A stretch of 64,000 nucleotides of DNA, taken from an uncultured cyanobacterium (lineage in GTDB: Bacteria > Cyanobacteriota > Cyanobacteriia > Cyanobacteriales > Cyanobacteriaceae). Below the pieces are notes generated by a model. The model ran no database searches and had not been told where the DNA came from. It saw nothing but the letters and a program-made list of their open reading frames with translations. The position numbers were made by a program, and so were the translations under genes. This document shows, piece by piece, positions 1-10,497 of this stretch. The DNA is taken from contig CAVQBA010000004.1 of NCBI GenBank assembly GCA_963710605.1, positions 352,001-416,000 on the forward strand, written 5' to 3'. The first letter of the stretch is position 1. Each line of letters begins with the position of its first letter.

Positions 1-1
1 G

Positions 2-1096
2 CGTTGGGCGACAGGTACAATACAAGGCTTTTTTGTCTCGGCTAATCCTCTAACTATCAAAGGTTTGAGTTTAGTACAAAGACTGATTTATACCGCAGGA
101 ATTATTCATTGGTTTACTAATATTACCTTAGCCACCTTTATCTTTACGATTCCGCTTTTTTTTATGTTAAGAATGCCTCCTTTTATGATGGAATTTAATG
201 ATTGGTTAGCATTTTTTATGCCCTTTTTAATTTTTGAAACTACTGTCTTTTTTTGGTTGGGCGATCGATCTGCGAGTAAAATAGTAATTGACATTTATAG
301 TTTTTTAATTTGTTTCCCGATTACAATTGCGATCGTACGAACTTTAATCAAACCCTTTGCTAGAACATTTCAAGTTACCCAAAAAGGTATTGTCAATTAT
401 CGATCGGTTTTTCGTTGGCAATTAGGATTACCAATTATTTATGCTTGGATAATTACTATTTTTGGTGTTGGACTTTTTCTTAATTTATTTATTAATTTAG
501 AAGCAAGAGAGGAGTTAATTGCTAATATAAATTTGATTTATTCTAGTTTAGAAATAGGTTTTTTCTGGACGGGTTATTATCTAATTATTTTGACTGTTTG
601 TTTATTTGCTTTAATTGATAAATCGCAAACAGATTATTATCCTTGGTTAAAAATTCAGACTAAGATTCAATTAGTTATTGATGGAGTAGTAATTAACACG
701 GTGTCCAATTATTTATCAGAAACAGGAGTCAAATTATCTTTTGCTGATGATTATTCTTTACCGATGATTAATGAAAATCAACTTATTCAAGTGGGAATAG
801 AAGAGTTAAATTTGGAATTAACAACTACTATCAAACAAATCGATCGTCATCAAAACAAAATATCTTTACAATTAGAATATAGCTCATTAGAATTAAGAGA
901 ATATCGACAAATAATTGAATATTTATTTTGCCAACCTCATCGTTGGGTAACGACAAAAGTACCTACCGAATTTGCCTCGTTTAAAATTTTGTTAAAAAGT
1001 ATTATAGTTCGCTCAAAACAAATTATTTTACGTCGAAAAGATAATAAGATAACAAGTACTAATTTAAATCTTAAATCATCCTCGATCGAAGTTTAA
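2..1096 (+). CDS. Cellulose synthase-like GT2 glycosyltransferase, C-terminal part with PilZ-like domain (5' end outside window)
   Basis: The frame is open from nt 2 and reads RWATGTIQGFF, the tail of the QxxRW motif. Several transmembrane segments follow, then a PilZ-like region (NYLSETGVKL). Confidence 0.8.
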   Translation, partial: RWATGTIQGFFVSANPLTIKGLSLVQRLIYTAGIIHWFTNITLATFIFTIPLFFMLRMPPFMMEFNDWLAFFMPFLIFETTVFFWLGDRSASKIVIDIYSFLICFPITIAIVRTLIKPFARTFQVTQKGIVNYRSVFRWQLGLPIIYAWIITIFGVGLFLNLFINLEAREELIANINLIYSSLEIGFFWTGYYLIILTVCLFALIDKSQTDYYPWLKIQTKIQLVIDGVVINTVSNYLSETGVKLSFADDYSLPMINENQLIQVGIEELNLELTTTIKQIDRHQNKISLQLEYSSLELREYRQIIEYLFCQPHRWVTTKVPTEFASFKILLKSIIVRSKQIILRRKDNKITSTNLNLKSSSIEV

Positions 1097-1461
1097 AATT
1101 AAAGTTAATAGCCCCCTAAATCTCCCAAGTTTGGAGTACTTGCTAATTCAGAATGTACTTCGCAAAGATCGCAAATGGATTCTATATTCTTTCGTAGGGG
1201 TGCAAGGTTTGCACCCACGATACCGAAATTAAGTCAACAGCCCCTAAAATCTACAATTTTGGGGACTTTCGCTTTTTTACCCCTGTTTTAACTTTAACCT
1301 TGAGTAAACTAATTGCATCAATCTTCAATAGTAATTTTTCGATCGTCAAAAATTGATATAAAGAAATATTAAAAAAGTAGCTAGCTAAATAAATAGTCAA
1401 ATTAGACTGAGAATGTTATGTATCTTTGCTAAAAATAATCTTTGTATAGTATTTAACAGTA

Positions 1462-1571
1462 TATAGCGTTTCCCAGACTTGTGAGGTACAGTTAATGATC
1501 AATAAGTCCCCTTTACAAAGGGGGGATTTAGGGGGATTTCTTTGTATTTCATAATGGTGATAATTGCTATA
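1462..1571. mobile_element. MITE-like element, TATAGC...GCTATA ends, internal C-rich/G-rich hairpin
   Basis: 110 bp with inverted ends; related copies at 17653, 56008 and 62557. Confidence 0.65.
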
Positions 1572-1635
1572 TCTTTTTTGAGTAACTTTTGAAAAGCTCA
1601 ATCAATAAAACAAACAAAACAAGAACAATATAAAT

Positions 1636-2873
1636 ATGAATAACGATACCAACTATCAAATATTAATCATTGGTGGTGGTGCGGCAGGAATTACCGTCGC
1701 CTCCCAACTTAAAGACGCTAATTCTCGTTTAAAAGTAGGAATTATCGAGCCATCAACTAAACATTATTATCAACCAGGATGGACATTAGTAGGAGGAGGA
1801 GTTTTTAGTCTCGAGCAAACTACCGAAGATGAAGCAAGTTTGATTCCTTCTGGAGTTAGCTGGATAAAAGATTCGGCAACTAATATCAACCCCGAAGAAA
1901 AACAAGTCACTACCGAAGATGGCACTACTTACGACTACGAATATTTAGTAGTTTGCCCCGGTATCAAAATCGATTGGGACAAAATAAAAGGCTTAAAAGA
2001 GAATTTAGGTAAAAATGGGGTAGTAAGTAATTATACAAAGGAAACTGCCCCTTATACATGGGAAATAATTAATAATTTCCAAGGGGGTACAGCCCTGTTT
2101 ACCTTCCCCGCAGGTGCAATAAAATGTCCTGGTGCACCTCAAAAAATTATGTATTTAGCCGAGGAAGCGTTTGCAAAACAAGGGGTAAGAGACAAAACGA
2201 ATATCATTTATGCTAATGCCACTAAGGCGATGTTTGGTGTACCTGCATATAATCAACCATTAAAAGAAGTTGTCGAGCGTAAAAATATCGATGTTAAATA
2301 TACTCATAATTTAATTGAGATAAAAGGAGAGACAAAAGAAGCGGTTTTTACGATCGGTGAAGGAGAAACAACGACAATTAAATATGATATGATTCATGTT
2401 TCGCCACCGATGACAAGTTATGATTTTGTTAAAAATAGTCCTTTAGCTAACGAAGCAGGTTGGGTTGATGTAGATAAATTTACTTGTCAGCATACTAAAT
2501 ATGCTCATGTTTTTGGTTTAGGAGATTCTTCTAGTTTACCGACTTCTAAAACAGCGGCGGCAATTAGAAAAGAAGCACCTGTAGTAGTTAAAAATATTTT
2601 AGCTTTAATTGAATCAATCAACAACCTAATCATCAATATAATGGTTATGCTTGTTGCCCTTTAATTACTGGATACGGTAAAACCATCATGGCTGAGTTTG
2701 ATTATAGCAAAGAACCTTTACCTAGTTTCCCATTAGACCCAACTCAAGAAAGAAAAAGTATGTGGTTAGTTAAAAAATATGCTTTACCTTGGGTTTATTG
2801 GAATAGAATGCTTAAAGGTAAGTCTTTTGAGCCTGATAGTTGGCGTTTTCTATTGTCTAGTGGTAAAAAGTAG
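1636..2873 (+). CDS. sqr: Sulfide:quinone oxidoreductase (type II-like), split by an apparent -1 indel near 2612
   Basis: GGGAAG FAD motif, KCPGAPQK and PTSKTAAA. The conserved YNGYACCPLITGYGKTIMAEFDY continues in another frame to the stop at 2873; the span is 1238 nt, one short of a multiple of 3. Confidence 0.85.
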
Positions 2874-2891
2874 TTTTATCAATTAACACAA

Positions 2892-2941
2892 GCCTTGCAA
2901 TAAATTACAAGGCTAATCGATACCGTTTAATAAATTAAACT
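2892..2941. repeat. Double-hairpin dispersed repeat (GCCTTG-CAATAAATT-ACAAGGC ... GTTTAAT-AA-ATTAAAC)
   Basis: Related copies at 59589, 53628, 28208 (inverted) and 17783. Confidence 0.75.
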
Positions 2942-3328
2942 AAGTAATGCCACTTAATCAAAGGATAAATAATTTTGGTTTGTAGTGATGGCTTTAGCCA
3001 TTATTTTAAAAGCGTTTTAAACTTTTAAAGGGGTAACTATAAAATGCGTGTTTATTTAATTTAAGCTACTTACAATTTTAGCTTCAAAATTGTCTCACCA
3101 TTATTTTAAATGACTATAAAAATTAATTGATTCGATCGTTTTTAATCTCTCCTCCTTTGCTTTTGAAATGAAGGGTGCATGCCATGCACCCCTACAAAAA
3201 ATATTCAAATTATTTTGTACACGTACTTACAAAAAATCTTACTTCTTACTCATTATTAATCTATCTGAAGAAAGACTTAATTTTCCAGACGATCGAGATA
3301 AAATATAAAAAATTAGCGGTAAATAATC

Positions 3329-3772
3329 ATGAGCGATTTAGATTCTCAACCAAAACCAGCAGAAGTTACCACCGAAGAAGAAACACCTAAATCAAAGTAT
3401 CCTCTGATTAACGGTGAAAAAATTACCCCTTTTAATTGTTTTAGTGCCAGTGCCATTTCAGCAGTATTAGGATATGCTTCTTATTTATTAACCAAATCAG
3501 TTATTGGTACTTATGCCGAAATACCGATTGATTTTGACAACCCAATGGCGGCAAGAATTGCTTCAACTGTACGTACCTTAATTATGGGTTTGACTGTTTT
3601 AGCTACATTTTTGTTTGCAATGGTGGCAGTTGGTTTAGTCGCTTTAGCAATCAAATTGATTATTGAAAGTAAAAAGACGAATGAATCGATTCGATTAATT
3701 AATTTTAGATTGATAAAATTGTATTTTATTAAAGGTGACAGTTGTTATAATGACCTAATCTTAATTCGTTAA
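3329..3772 (+). CDS. DUF3082-like membrane protein
   Basis: Two hydrophobic helices around 'RIASTVRTLIMGL', typical of this cyanobacterial family. The C-terminal tail may be extended by an indel. Confidence 0.65.
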   Translation: MSDLDSQPKPAEVTTEEETPKSKYPLINGEKITPFNCFSASAISAVLGYASYLLTKSVIGTYAEIPIDFDNPMAARIASTVRTLIMGLTVLATFLFAMVAVGLVALAIKLIIESKKTNESIRLINFRLIKLYFIKGDSCYNDLILIR

Positions 3773-3794
3773 TAGCGATAAAACATACTCACTT

Positions 3795-5594
3795 ATGACT
3801 ATTTTAGATGTACGTGATTTACAAGTAGTATTTCTCAACGACGAAGCACAACCAAAATTAATTGCAGTTGATCAAGTAAACTTGCAATTACAAAAAGGAG
3901 AAATACTCGGTATTGTCGGCGAATCAGGCTCAGGTAAATCCGTGACATCTTTAGCTATCATGGGTTTACTACCGTCAGCGGGAAGAATTACTAACGGTCA
4001 AATTTTATTTACCGACGAATCAACATCATCTCCAGTTGATTTAGTTAGTTTAGCCAAAGAAGAAAAAAGAGCATACCGAGGCGGGAAGATTGCGATGATT
4101 TTTCAAGAGCCAATGAGTTCTCTTAATCCTGTTTATAATATCGGTTTTCAAATAACTGAAGCAATACTTCTACATCAAAATATTAGCAAAAGTCAAGCTC
4201 AACAACAAGCCATTAGTTTATTACAAGAAGTTCAACTATTGCCTAGCGATGAACAAATAACTCAAGAATTTATTAACCAGCAAAACACACAGGGTATTAA
4301 GCTCAAAGAAACTCAAGCATATCTTCAGCAAAGAAAAACGGCGATACTCAAACGTTACCCCCATCAACTCAGTGGCGGACAATTACAAAGGGTAATGATT
4401 GCGATCGCAATTTCTTGTCAACCAAGTCTATTAATTGCTGATGAACCGACTACGGCACTCGATGTTACAGTTCAAGCTACTATTTTAGAGCTATTAAAGG
4501 ACTTATGTCAACGTCGGCAAATGTCGATGATTTTTATTACTCACGATTTGTCGGTAGTTGCTAATTTAGCCGATCGATTAGTAGTAATGTATCAAGGTAA
4601 AATAGTCGAATCAGCAAGCACAAAAGAGTTATTATTTTCTCCTCAACAAGCCTACACCAAAGGATTACTAGCTTGTCGCCCTCGTTTAGAAGAAACACGT
4701 GAATATTTACCGACAGTTGCTGATTTTTTAGAAAATCAAGATAATCCACCAAAAAATAGTCCCAATTTAAACAAAGATATTCGCTTCAATCAATCTTTAC
4801 TAACTGTTGATAACTTACAAGTAGGCTTCCCCAAAACTAAATCATTACCTTGGCAAACACCGGAATATTTTTGGGCAGTTAACGATGTTAGTTTTAAATT
4901 ATTTGGTGGTGAAACACTTGGTTTAGTAGGCGAATCAGGTTGTGGTAAATCAACTTTAGCTAGGACAATTCTGCGGCTGATTCCTGCTCATTCAGGCTCG
5001 ATCGAATTTTTAGGTGAAGATTTAACCTTATTACCCGTGCGAAATAAACGTCTGCGTCAATTACGTCGTGAGATGCAAATCATTTTTCAAAATCCTTACA
5101 ACTCCCTTAATCCTCGTATGAGTATTGGTAAAATAATTCTTGAGCCAATGACAATTCATAAAGTAGGTGGTAATTCAACTAAAAGAATTGAGAGAGTAAA
5201 TTATTTATTAGAAAGAGTAGGTTTAAATCCTGATTGGTATAACCGCTATCCGCATCAACTTTCAGGCGGGCAAAGACAAAGAGTTTGTATCGCTAGGGCA
5301 TTAGCTTTAAATCCGCAATTAATTATTTGTGATGAATCCGTCTCGGCTTTAGATGTCTCGATTCAAGCCCAAGTATTAAACTTGCTCAAAGAATTACAAG
5401 CTGAATTTGGTTTGACTTATATTTTTATTTCTCATGATTTGAGTGTCGTTAAATTTATGAGCGATCGAATTATGGTAATGAACAAAGGTAAAATAGAAGA
5501 GATGTCCACTGCACAACAAATAATTTATAATCCACAACGAGAATATACTAAGCAACTAATCGCTTCTATTCCTGAGTTTCCTAAAGTAGCATGA
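3795..5594 (+). CDS. Peptide/nickel-type ABC transporter ATP-binding protein with two fused ATPase domains
   Basis: Two Walker A motifs (GESGSGKS, GESGCGKS), two LSGGQ signatures, and DEPT/DESV Walker B motifs. Confidence 0.93.
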   Translation: MTILDVRDLQVVFLNDEAQPKLIAVDQVNLQLQKGEILGIVGESGSGKSVTSLAIMGLLPSAGRITNGQILFTDESTSSPVDLVSLAKEEKRAYRGGKIAMIFQEPMSSLNPVYNIGFQITEAILLHQNISKSQAQQQAISLLQEVQLLPSDEQITQEFINQQNTQGIKLKETQAYLQQRKTAILKRYPHQLSGGQLQRVMIAIAISCQPSLLIADEPTTALDVTVQATILELLKDLCQRRQMSMIFITHDLSVVANLADRLVVMYQGKIVESASTKELLFSPQQAYTKGLLACRPRLEETREYLPTVADFLENQDNPPKNSPNLNKDIRFNQSLLTVDNLQVGFPKTKSLPWQTPEYFWAVNDVSFKLFGGETLGLVGESGCGKSTLARTILRLIPAHSGSIEFLGEDLTLLPVRNKRLRQLRREMQIIFQNPYNSLNPRMSIGKIILEPMTIHKVGGNSTKRIERVNYLLERVGLNPDWYNRYPHQLSGGQRQRVCIARALALNPQLIICDESVSALDVSIQAQVLNLLKELQAEFGLTYIFISHDLSVVKFMSDRIMVMNKGKIEEMSTAQQIIYNPQREYTKQLIASIPEFPKVA

Positions 5595-6017
5595 TGATTT
5601 ATCGGTATAGTAACAAACGGATTATTTACCAGTAATGAGTAACCAGTAATACCTCTTGGCTTCAGAAGAAAATTAAAGCTCAAAAAAATGTGAGTGTTTC
5701 TTCTCGTCTTCAAAGGCGAGGTTTGATAACAATTTCAGGCTTTAACTAATTACTTATTACTTATTAACCCTTGAATGAAAAAGAATTAAAGGGGATAAAA
5801 ATATCCTAATCTCTTCATTTTCGGCGATAGCTTTAATTTTTGACTTTTCTCAAAAAAACGACGTAACTACTAATTATAAAAAAACGATCGTTTATCTTCA
5901 ATTTTTAAAACAAAAATAACTTTCAAGATTGAACTTTCTAGTCTGAGTGATTAACTATTGTCCAAATTAATCTATACTTTAAGATAGGAAAACAATGTTT
6001 TATAACCTATAATAAAG

Positions 6018-6971
6018 TTGTCATCTAGATTATCGATTTGTATATTTATTGATTCTACACCAACAGTCCACTTACTGACGAAATTACTCAGTGGGCAGGA
6101 ATATCAATTGCATATTATAAAAACCGCTACAGAATTAAGTAAATTTGCATTTGATAATAAAGAAGAATTAGATTGTTTAATCCTTAGTGATCATCAAGAA
6201 AGTTTAGACCTCATCAGACAGTTTGAAGTAGAAGGATTAATCTTACCCGCAGTTATTTTATCTCAGCAACAAAATTTAATCCACTCAAAAGATTTAGAGT
6301 CAGCAAGCAATACACAGACAAATCTAGACATTATTCAAAATAATAAAACGATCGAATTATCACCGCCATCAGAAATATATTATCATTCAGCTGAGATTTT
6401 AATTTCTATCAATCAACTAGAAAATATTCAACAATTTATTAGACAATCCATCTCCCAATATTTATCATTAGCACCAAGTTGTTCGTTAAGTGAGAATCAA
6501 ACTTTTTATAGTAATAATGTTCAAAAAATAAAAGCCAAACAACAATTTTTACTATTACAACAAAAAAGACTAGCTGATAAATTCAAAGAAAGATTCGGTT
6601 ATTTTGGCATATATTACAAGCGTAATGCTAATTATTTTCATCGAAATATGATAGTAACTGAGCAAGAAGAATTAATTACACAACTGAGTTTAGAATACAA
6701 AGAAATTATTCTAAATTATTTCAACGAAGAAAGTAAAGTAAACGAACAAATAGATAACTTTGTTAACCAGGTATTTTTCGCTGATATCTCAGTTTCACAA
6801 ATATTAGAAATTCATATGGAGTTAATGGATGAATTTGCTCAACAGTTAAAATTAGAGGGTAGAAGTGAGGATATCTTGATTGATTATCGCTTAGCGTTGA
6901 TCGATATAATTTCTCATTTATGTGAAATGTATCGTCGCTCGATACCCCAAGAAGATATTTCAGTTGATTAA
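6018..6971 (+). CDS. kaiA: Circadian clock protein KaiA
   Basis: C-terminal LKLEGRSEDILIDYRLALIDIISHLCEMYRRSIP; lies upstream of kaiB and kaiC. Confidence 0.95.
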   Translation: MSSRLSICIFIDSTPTVHLLTKLLSGQEYQLHIIKTATELSKFAFDNKEELDCLILSDHQESLDLIRQFEVEGLILPAVILSQQQNLIHSKDLESASNTQTNLDIIQNNKTIELSPPSEIYYHSAEILISINQLENIQQFIRQSISQYLSLAPSCSLSENQTFYSNNVQKIKAKQQFLLLQQKRLADKFKERFGYFGIYYKRNANYFHRNMIVTEQEELITQLSLEYKEIILNYFNEESKVNEQIDNFVNQVFFADISVSQILEIHMELMDEFAQQLKLEGRSEDILIDYRLALIDIISHLCEMYRRSIPQEDISVD

Positions 6972-7044
6972 ATATCATAACTTATACCAAATTTGAACAT
7001 ACCCGAATTTTTAAGATAATCTAAAATCAAGATAAATCAAAGAT

Positions 7045-7353
7045 ATGAGCCCTTTAAGAAAAACCTATGTACTGAAGCTCTATGTAGCAGGAAACACGCC
7101 TAATTCTGTACGAGCTTTAAAAACATTAAAAGATGTTTTAGAAGACGAATTTAAAGGCGTTTATGCTCTTAAAGTAATTGATGTTTTAAAAAATCCGCAA
7201 CTAGCAGAAGAAGATAAAATTTTGGCAACTCCGACTTTATCTAAAGTTTTACCTCCTCCTGTACGCAAAATTATTGGTGATTTAAGCGATCGAGAAAAAG
7301 TTTTAATTGGTTTAGATTTATTATATGAAGAAATGAGCCAGAGAAATTATTAA
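7045..7353 (+). CDS. kaiB: Circadian clock protein KaiB
   Basis: [21 protein letters not shown]...ILATPTL...[12 protein letters not shown]. Confidence 0.98.
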   Translation: MSPLRKTYVLKLYVAGNTPNSVRALKTLKDVLEDEFKGVYALKVIDVLKNPQLAEEDKILATPTLSKVLPPPVRKIIGDLSDREKVLIGLDLLYEEMSQRNY

Positions 7354-7457
7354 GCCCTTAATACCTTAAAATAAACCCAGCATATAACTAAAAGCATAAT
7401 TTAAATTTACTATTTATCTTTAATTAATATTTATTAAAAACAATCATATTTATCAAT

Positions 7458-9002
7458 ATGAGTAAAACCAAAAAACAACAACTAAGAAATAAAGGTGTAA
7501 AGAAAAATCGCACCATGATCGAAGGATTTGACGAAATTAGTCATGGTGGTTTACCTATTGGTAGAACAACACTTATTAGCGGTACATCAGGAACAGGAAA
7601 GACATTATTTGCCACTCAATTTCTTTATCACGGTATTACTTATTTTGACTACCCTGGTTTATTAATTACCTTTGAAGAATCCCCTGAAGATATTATTCAA
7701 AACGCTTATAGTTTTGGTTGGGATTTAGAAAAACTGATCACTGAAGGTAAACTATTTATTTTAGACGCATCTCCCGATCCAGAAGGGCAAGAAGTCGTGG
7801 GGAATTTTGATCTTTCAGCTTTGATTGAAAGAATACAATACGCCATTAAAAAATATCAAGCTAAGTTTGTCTCGATCGATTCTGTTACGGCTGTATTCCA
7901 ACAATATGATGCCGCCTCAGTAGTTAGAAGAGAAATATTTCGTTTGATAGCACGACTAAAAATACTGGGTGTAACCTCAGTGATGACAACCGAGCGTGTG
8001 GACGAATATGGAGGTGTAGCCCGTTTTGGGGTAGAAGAGTTTGTCTCCGATAACGTCGTAATTATGCGTAACGTATTAGAAGGAGAAAGACGACGGCGAA
8101 CAATTGAAATTCTTAAACTCAGAGGTACAACTCATATGAAAGGAGAATATCCTTTTACAGTTACCAATGATGGAATCAACATCTTTCCTTTGGGTGCAAT
8201 GCAACTGACTCAACGCTCATCAAATACTCGTATTTCCTCAGGAGTAGAAACTCTAGACAAAATGTGTGGGGGTGGTTTTTTCAGAGATTCGATTATTTTA
8301 ACAACAGGTGCAACAGGTACAGGCAAAACCTTATTAGTCAGTAAATTTTTACAAGAAGGTTGCAGTAAAGGGGAAAAAGCGATTTTATTTGCCTATGAAG
8401 AATCAAGGGCTCAATTATCTCGTAATGCTTCTTCTTGGGGAGTTGATTTTGAGGAAATGGAAAAAAAAGGATTATTAAAATTACTTTGCTCTTATCCCGA
8501 ATCCGCTGGTTTAGAAGATCATTTACAAATGATTAAATCTGAAATTGCCGAGTTTAAACCGACTCGAATTGCGATCGATTCTTTATCCGCATTAGCTAGA
8601 GGCGTAAGTAATAACGCTTTCCGTCAATTTGTGATTGGAGTAACCGGTTATGCCAAACAAGAAGAAATTACAGGTTTTTTTACTAATACCACCGATCGAT
8701 TTATGGGGGGAAATTCAATTACTGAATCTCATATTTCGACAATTACCGACACAATTATCATGTTACAGTATGTAGAAATTAAAGGGGAAATGTCAAGAGC
8801 TTTAAATGTATTTAAAATGCGTGGCTCGTGGCATGATAAAGGTATTAGAGAATATATTATTAATGAAGATGGCCCTCAAATTAAAGACTCTTTCCGTAAC
8901 TACGAAGGAATTATTAGTGGTTCTCCTACTAGAATAACTATTGATGAAAAAAACGATCTATCTCGTATCGTCAAAAACGTCAAAGGTAAATCACCTGAAT
9001 AA
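7458..9002 (+). CDS. kaiC: Circadian clock protein KaiC
   Basis: Two RecA-like domains (GTSGTGKT, GATGTGKT) and the phosphosite region SHISTITDT. Confidence 0.98.
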   Translation: MSKTKKQQLRNKGVKKNRTMIEGFDEISHGGLPIGRTTLISGTSGTGKTLFATQFLYHGITYFDYPGLLITFEESPEDIIQNAYSFGWDLEKLITEGKLFILDASPDPEGQEVVGNFDLSALIERIQYAIKKYQAKFVSIDSVTAVFQQYDAASVVRREIFRLIARLKILGVTSVMTTERVDEYGGVARFGVEEFVSDNVVIMRNVLEGERRRRTIEILKLRGTTHMKGEYPFTVTNDGINIFPLGAMQLTQRSSNTRISSGVETLDKMCGGGFFRDSIILTTGATGTGKTLLVSKFLQEGCSKGEKAILFAYEESRAQLSRNASSWGVDFEEMEKKGLLKLLCSYPESAGLEDHLQMIKSEIAEFKPTRIAIDSLSALARGVSNNAFRQFVIGVTGYAKQEEITGFFTNTTDRFMGGNSITESHISTITDTIIMLQYVEIKGEMSRALNVFKMRGSWHDKGIREYIINEDGPQIKDSFRNYEGIISGSPTRITIDEKNDLSRIVKNVKGKSPE

Positions 9003-9034
9003 TTGACAATTGACAATTGACAATTGACAATTGA
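9001..9034. repeat. Heptamer tandem array (AATTGAC)n, STRR-like
   Basis: About 5 units immediately after the kaiC stop. Confidence 0.9.
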
Positions 9035-9062
9035 GAGAGAGCCAGAATTAATTGTTGGCTAT

Positions 9063-9111
9063 TAACTCTTAACCTTTAACTCTTAACTTTTAACTCTTAA
9101 CTTTTAACTCT
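9063..9111. repeat. Heptamer tandem array (TAACTYT)x7
   Basis: 7 units ending just before the argJ ATG. Confidence 0.9.
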
Positions 9112-9112
9112 T

Positions 9113-10354
9113 ATGTCTGATTGGCAACAAATAGAAGGGGGAGTAACAGCCCCTAAAGGTTTCAAATCTTCAGGTATCACCGCCGGGCTAAAACCCTCTA
9201 ATGCACCTGACTTGGCTCTAATTTGGTCAGAAACAGAAGCGATCGCCGCTGGGGTATTTACCCTTTCTTGTGTGCGGGCGGCTTGTGTCGATTATTGTCG
9301 GCAAACATTACAAAAAAAAGCCAGTGCTAAAGCGATATTATGTAACGCAGGGCAAGCAAATGCGGCAACAGGAGAACAAGGTTGGGAAGATGTTTATACT
9401 ACTGCCAATGCCTTAGCTGAAGAATTGAGAATCGAACCCTCTGCGGTTTTACTTGCTTCAACAGGAGTTATTGGGCAAAGAATAAAAATGGATAAACTCG
9501 TCGCCGCCATTCCTCAACTAGTATCTGAATTATCAGACAAAGGAGGAGAAGCCACCGCTAAAGCGATCGTTACCACCGATTTAGTAACCAAATCGATCGC
9601 CTTAGAAACCATCATAGACGATCGTCCTGTGCGTATAGGCGGTATTTCTAAAGGTTCAGGGATGATTCACCCGAATATGGCAACCATGCTTAGTTTTGTT
9701 ACTTGTGATGCGGCTGTTTCGACTCAGTTATGGCAAGAAATGTTAAAACGAGCGGCGGATAAAAGTTTTAATCAAATTACTGTTGATGGCGATACCAGCA
9801 CTAATGATACTTTAATAGCTTTAGCTAACGGACAATCTCGCACTCGAGCAATTACCAAAATGGATGCTAATGGTCAAAAGTTAGAAGCGATGTTAACTGA
9901 AGTATGTCAGTATTTAGCTAAAGCGATCGCCCGTGATGGCGAAGGTGCAACTTGTTTAATTGAAGTGGAAGTGACAGGGGCAAATAATCAAGCTGATGCT
10001 AATAAAATTGCGAAAACGATCGTTGGCTCATCTTTAGTTAAATCAGCTATCTTCGGACATGATCCCAATTGGGGGAGAATAGCAGGTGCGGCAGGGCGTG
10101 CAGGGGTTAAATTTAAACAAGAAGAGTTACGTATCCAATTAGGTGATATTTTACTAATGGACAACGGGCAACCCCAACAATTCGATCGACAAGCGGCTAG
10201 TGATTATCTAACTACAGCCACTCAAGGGGAATATCTCAAAACCGATACCGTTAACATAAAAGTTTCTGTTGGCAATGGGGAAGGTACGGGTAAGGCTTGG
10301 GGTTGTGATTTAAGCTACGATTACGTCAAAATTAATGCTGAATACACTACTTAA
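9113..10354 (+). CDS. argJ: Bifunctional ornithine acetyltransferase/N-acetylglutamate synthase
   Basis: KGSGMIHPNMATML, DGDTSTNDT, DGEGAT and C-terminal YVKINAEYTT. Confidence 0.97.
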   Translation: MSDWQQIEGGVTAPKGFKSSGITAGLKPSNAPDLALIWSETEAIAAGVFTLSCVRAACVDYCRQTLQKKASAKAILCNAGQANAATGEQGWEDVYTTANALAEELRIEPSAVLLASTGVIGQRIKMDKLVAAIPQLVSELSDKGGEATAKAIVTTDLVTKSIALETIIDDRPVRIGGISKGSGMIHPNMATMLSFVTCDAAVSTQLWQEMLKRAADKSFNQITVDGDTSTNDTLIALANGQSRTRAITKMDANGQKLEAMLTEVCQYLAKAIARDGEGATCLIEVEVTGANNQADANKIAKTIVGSSLVKSAIFGHDPNWGRIAGAAGRAGVKFKQEELRIQLGDILLMDNGQPQQFDRQAASDYLTTATQGEYLKTDTVNIKVSVGNGEGTGKAWGCDLSYDYVKINAEYTT

Positions 10355-10389
10355 ATTGATCTAGACAAAGAAAAAGTTATATAAACGTG

Positions 10390-10418
10390 GTAGGGACGTA
10401 GCACTGCTACGTCCCTAC
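10390..10418. repeat. GTAG-type REP palindrome
   Basis: GTAGGGACGTAGCA-C-TGCTACGTCCCTAC, a perfect inverted repeat. Confidence 0.85.
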
Positions 10419-10497
10419 ATCTTGTACGATCAGTTTTTATTTGAAACTACTATAACTATAACTATTGCTATCAACTATTAACTATCAACTATTAAGC

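Noticed and set aside
6018-9002. Atypical circadian clock
   Set aside because: Canonical kaiABC order, full-length KaiA and intact KaiC Ser/Thr phosphosites.
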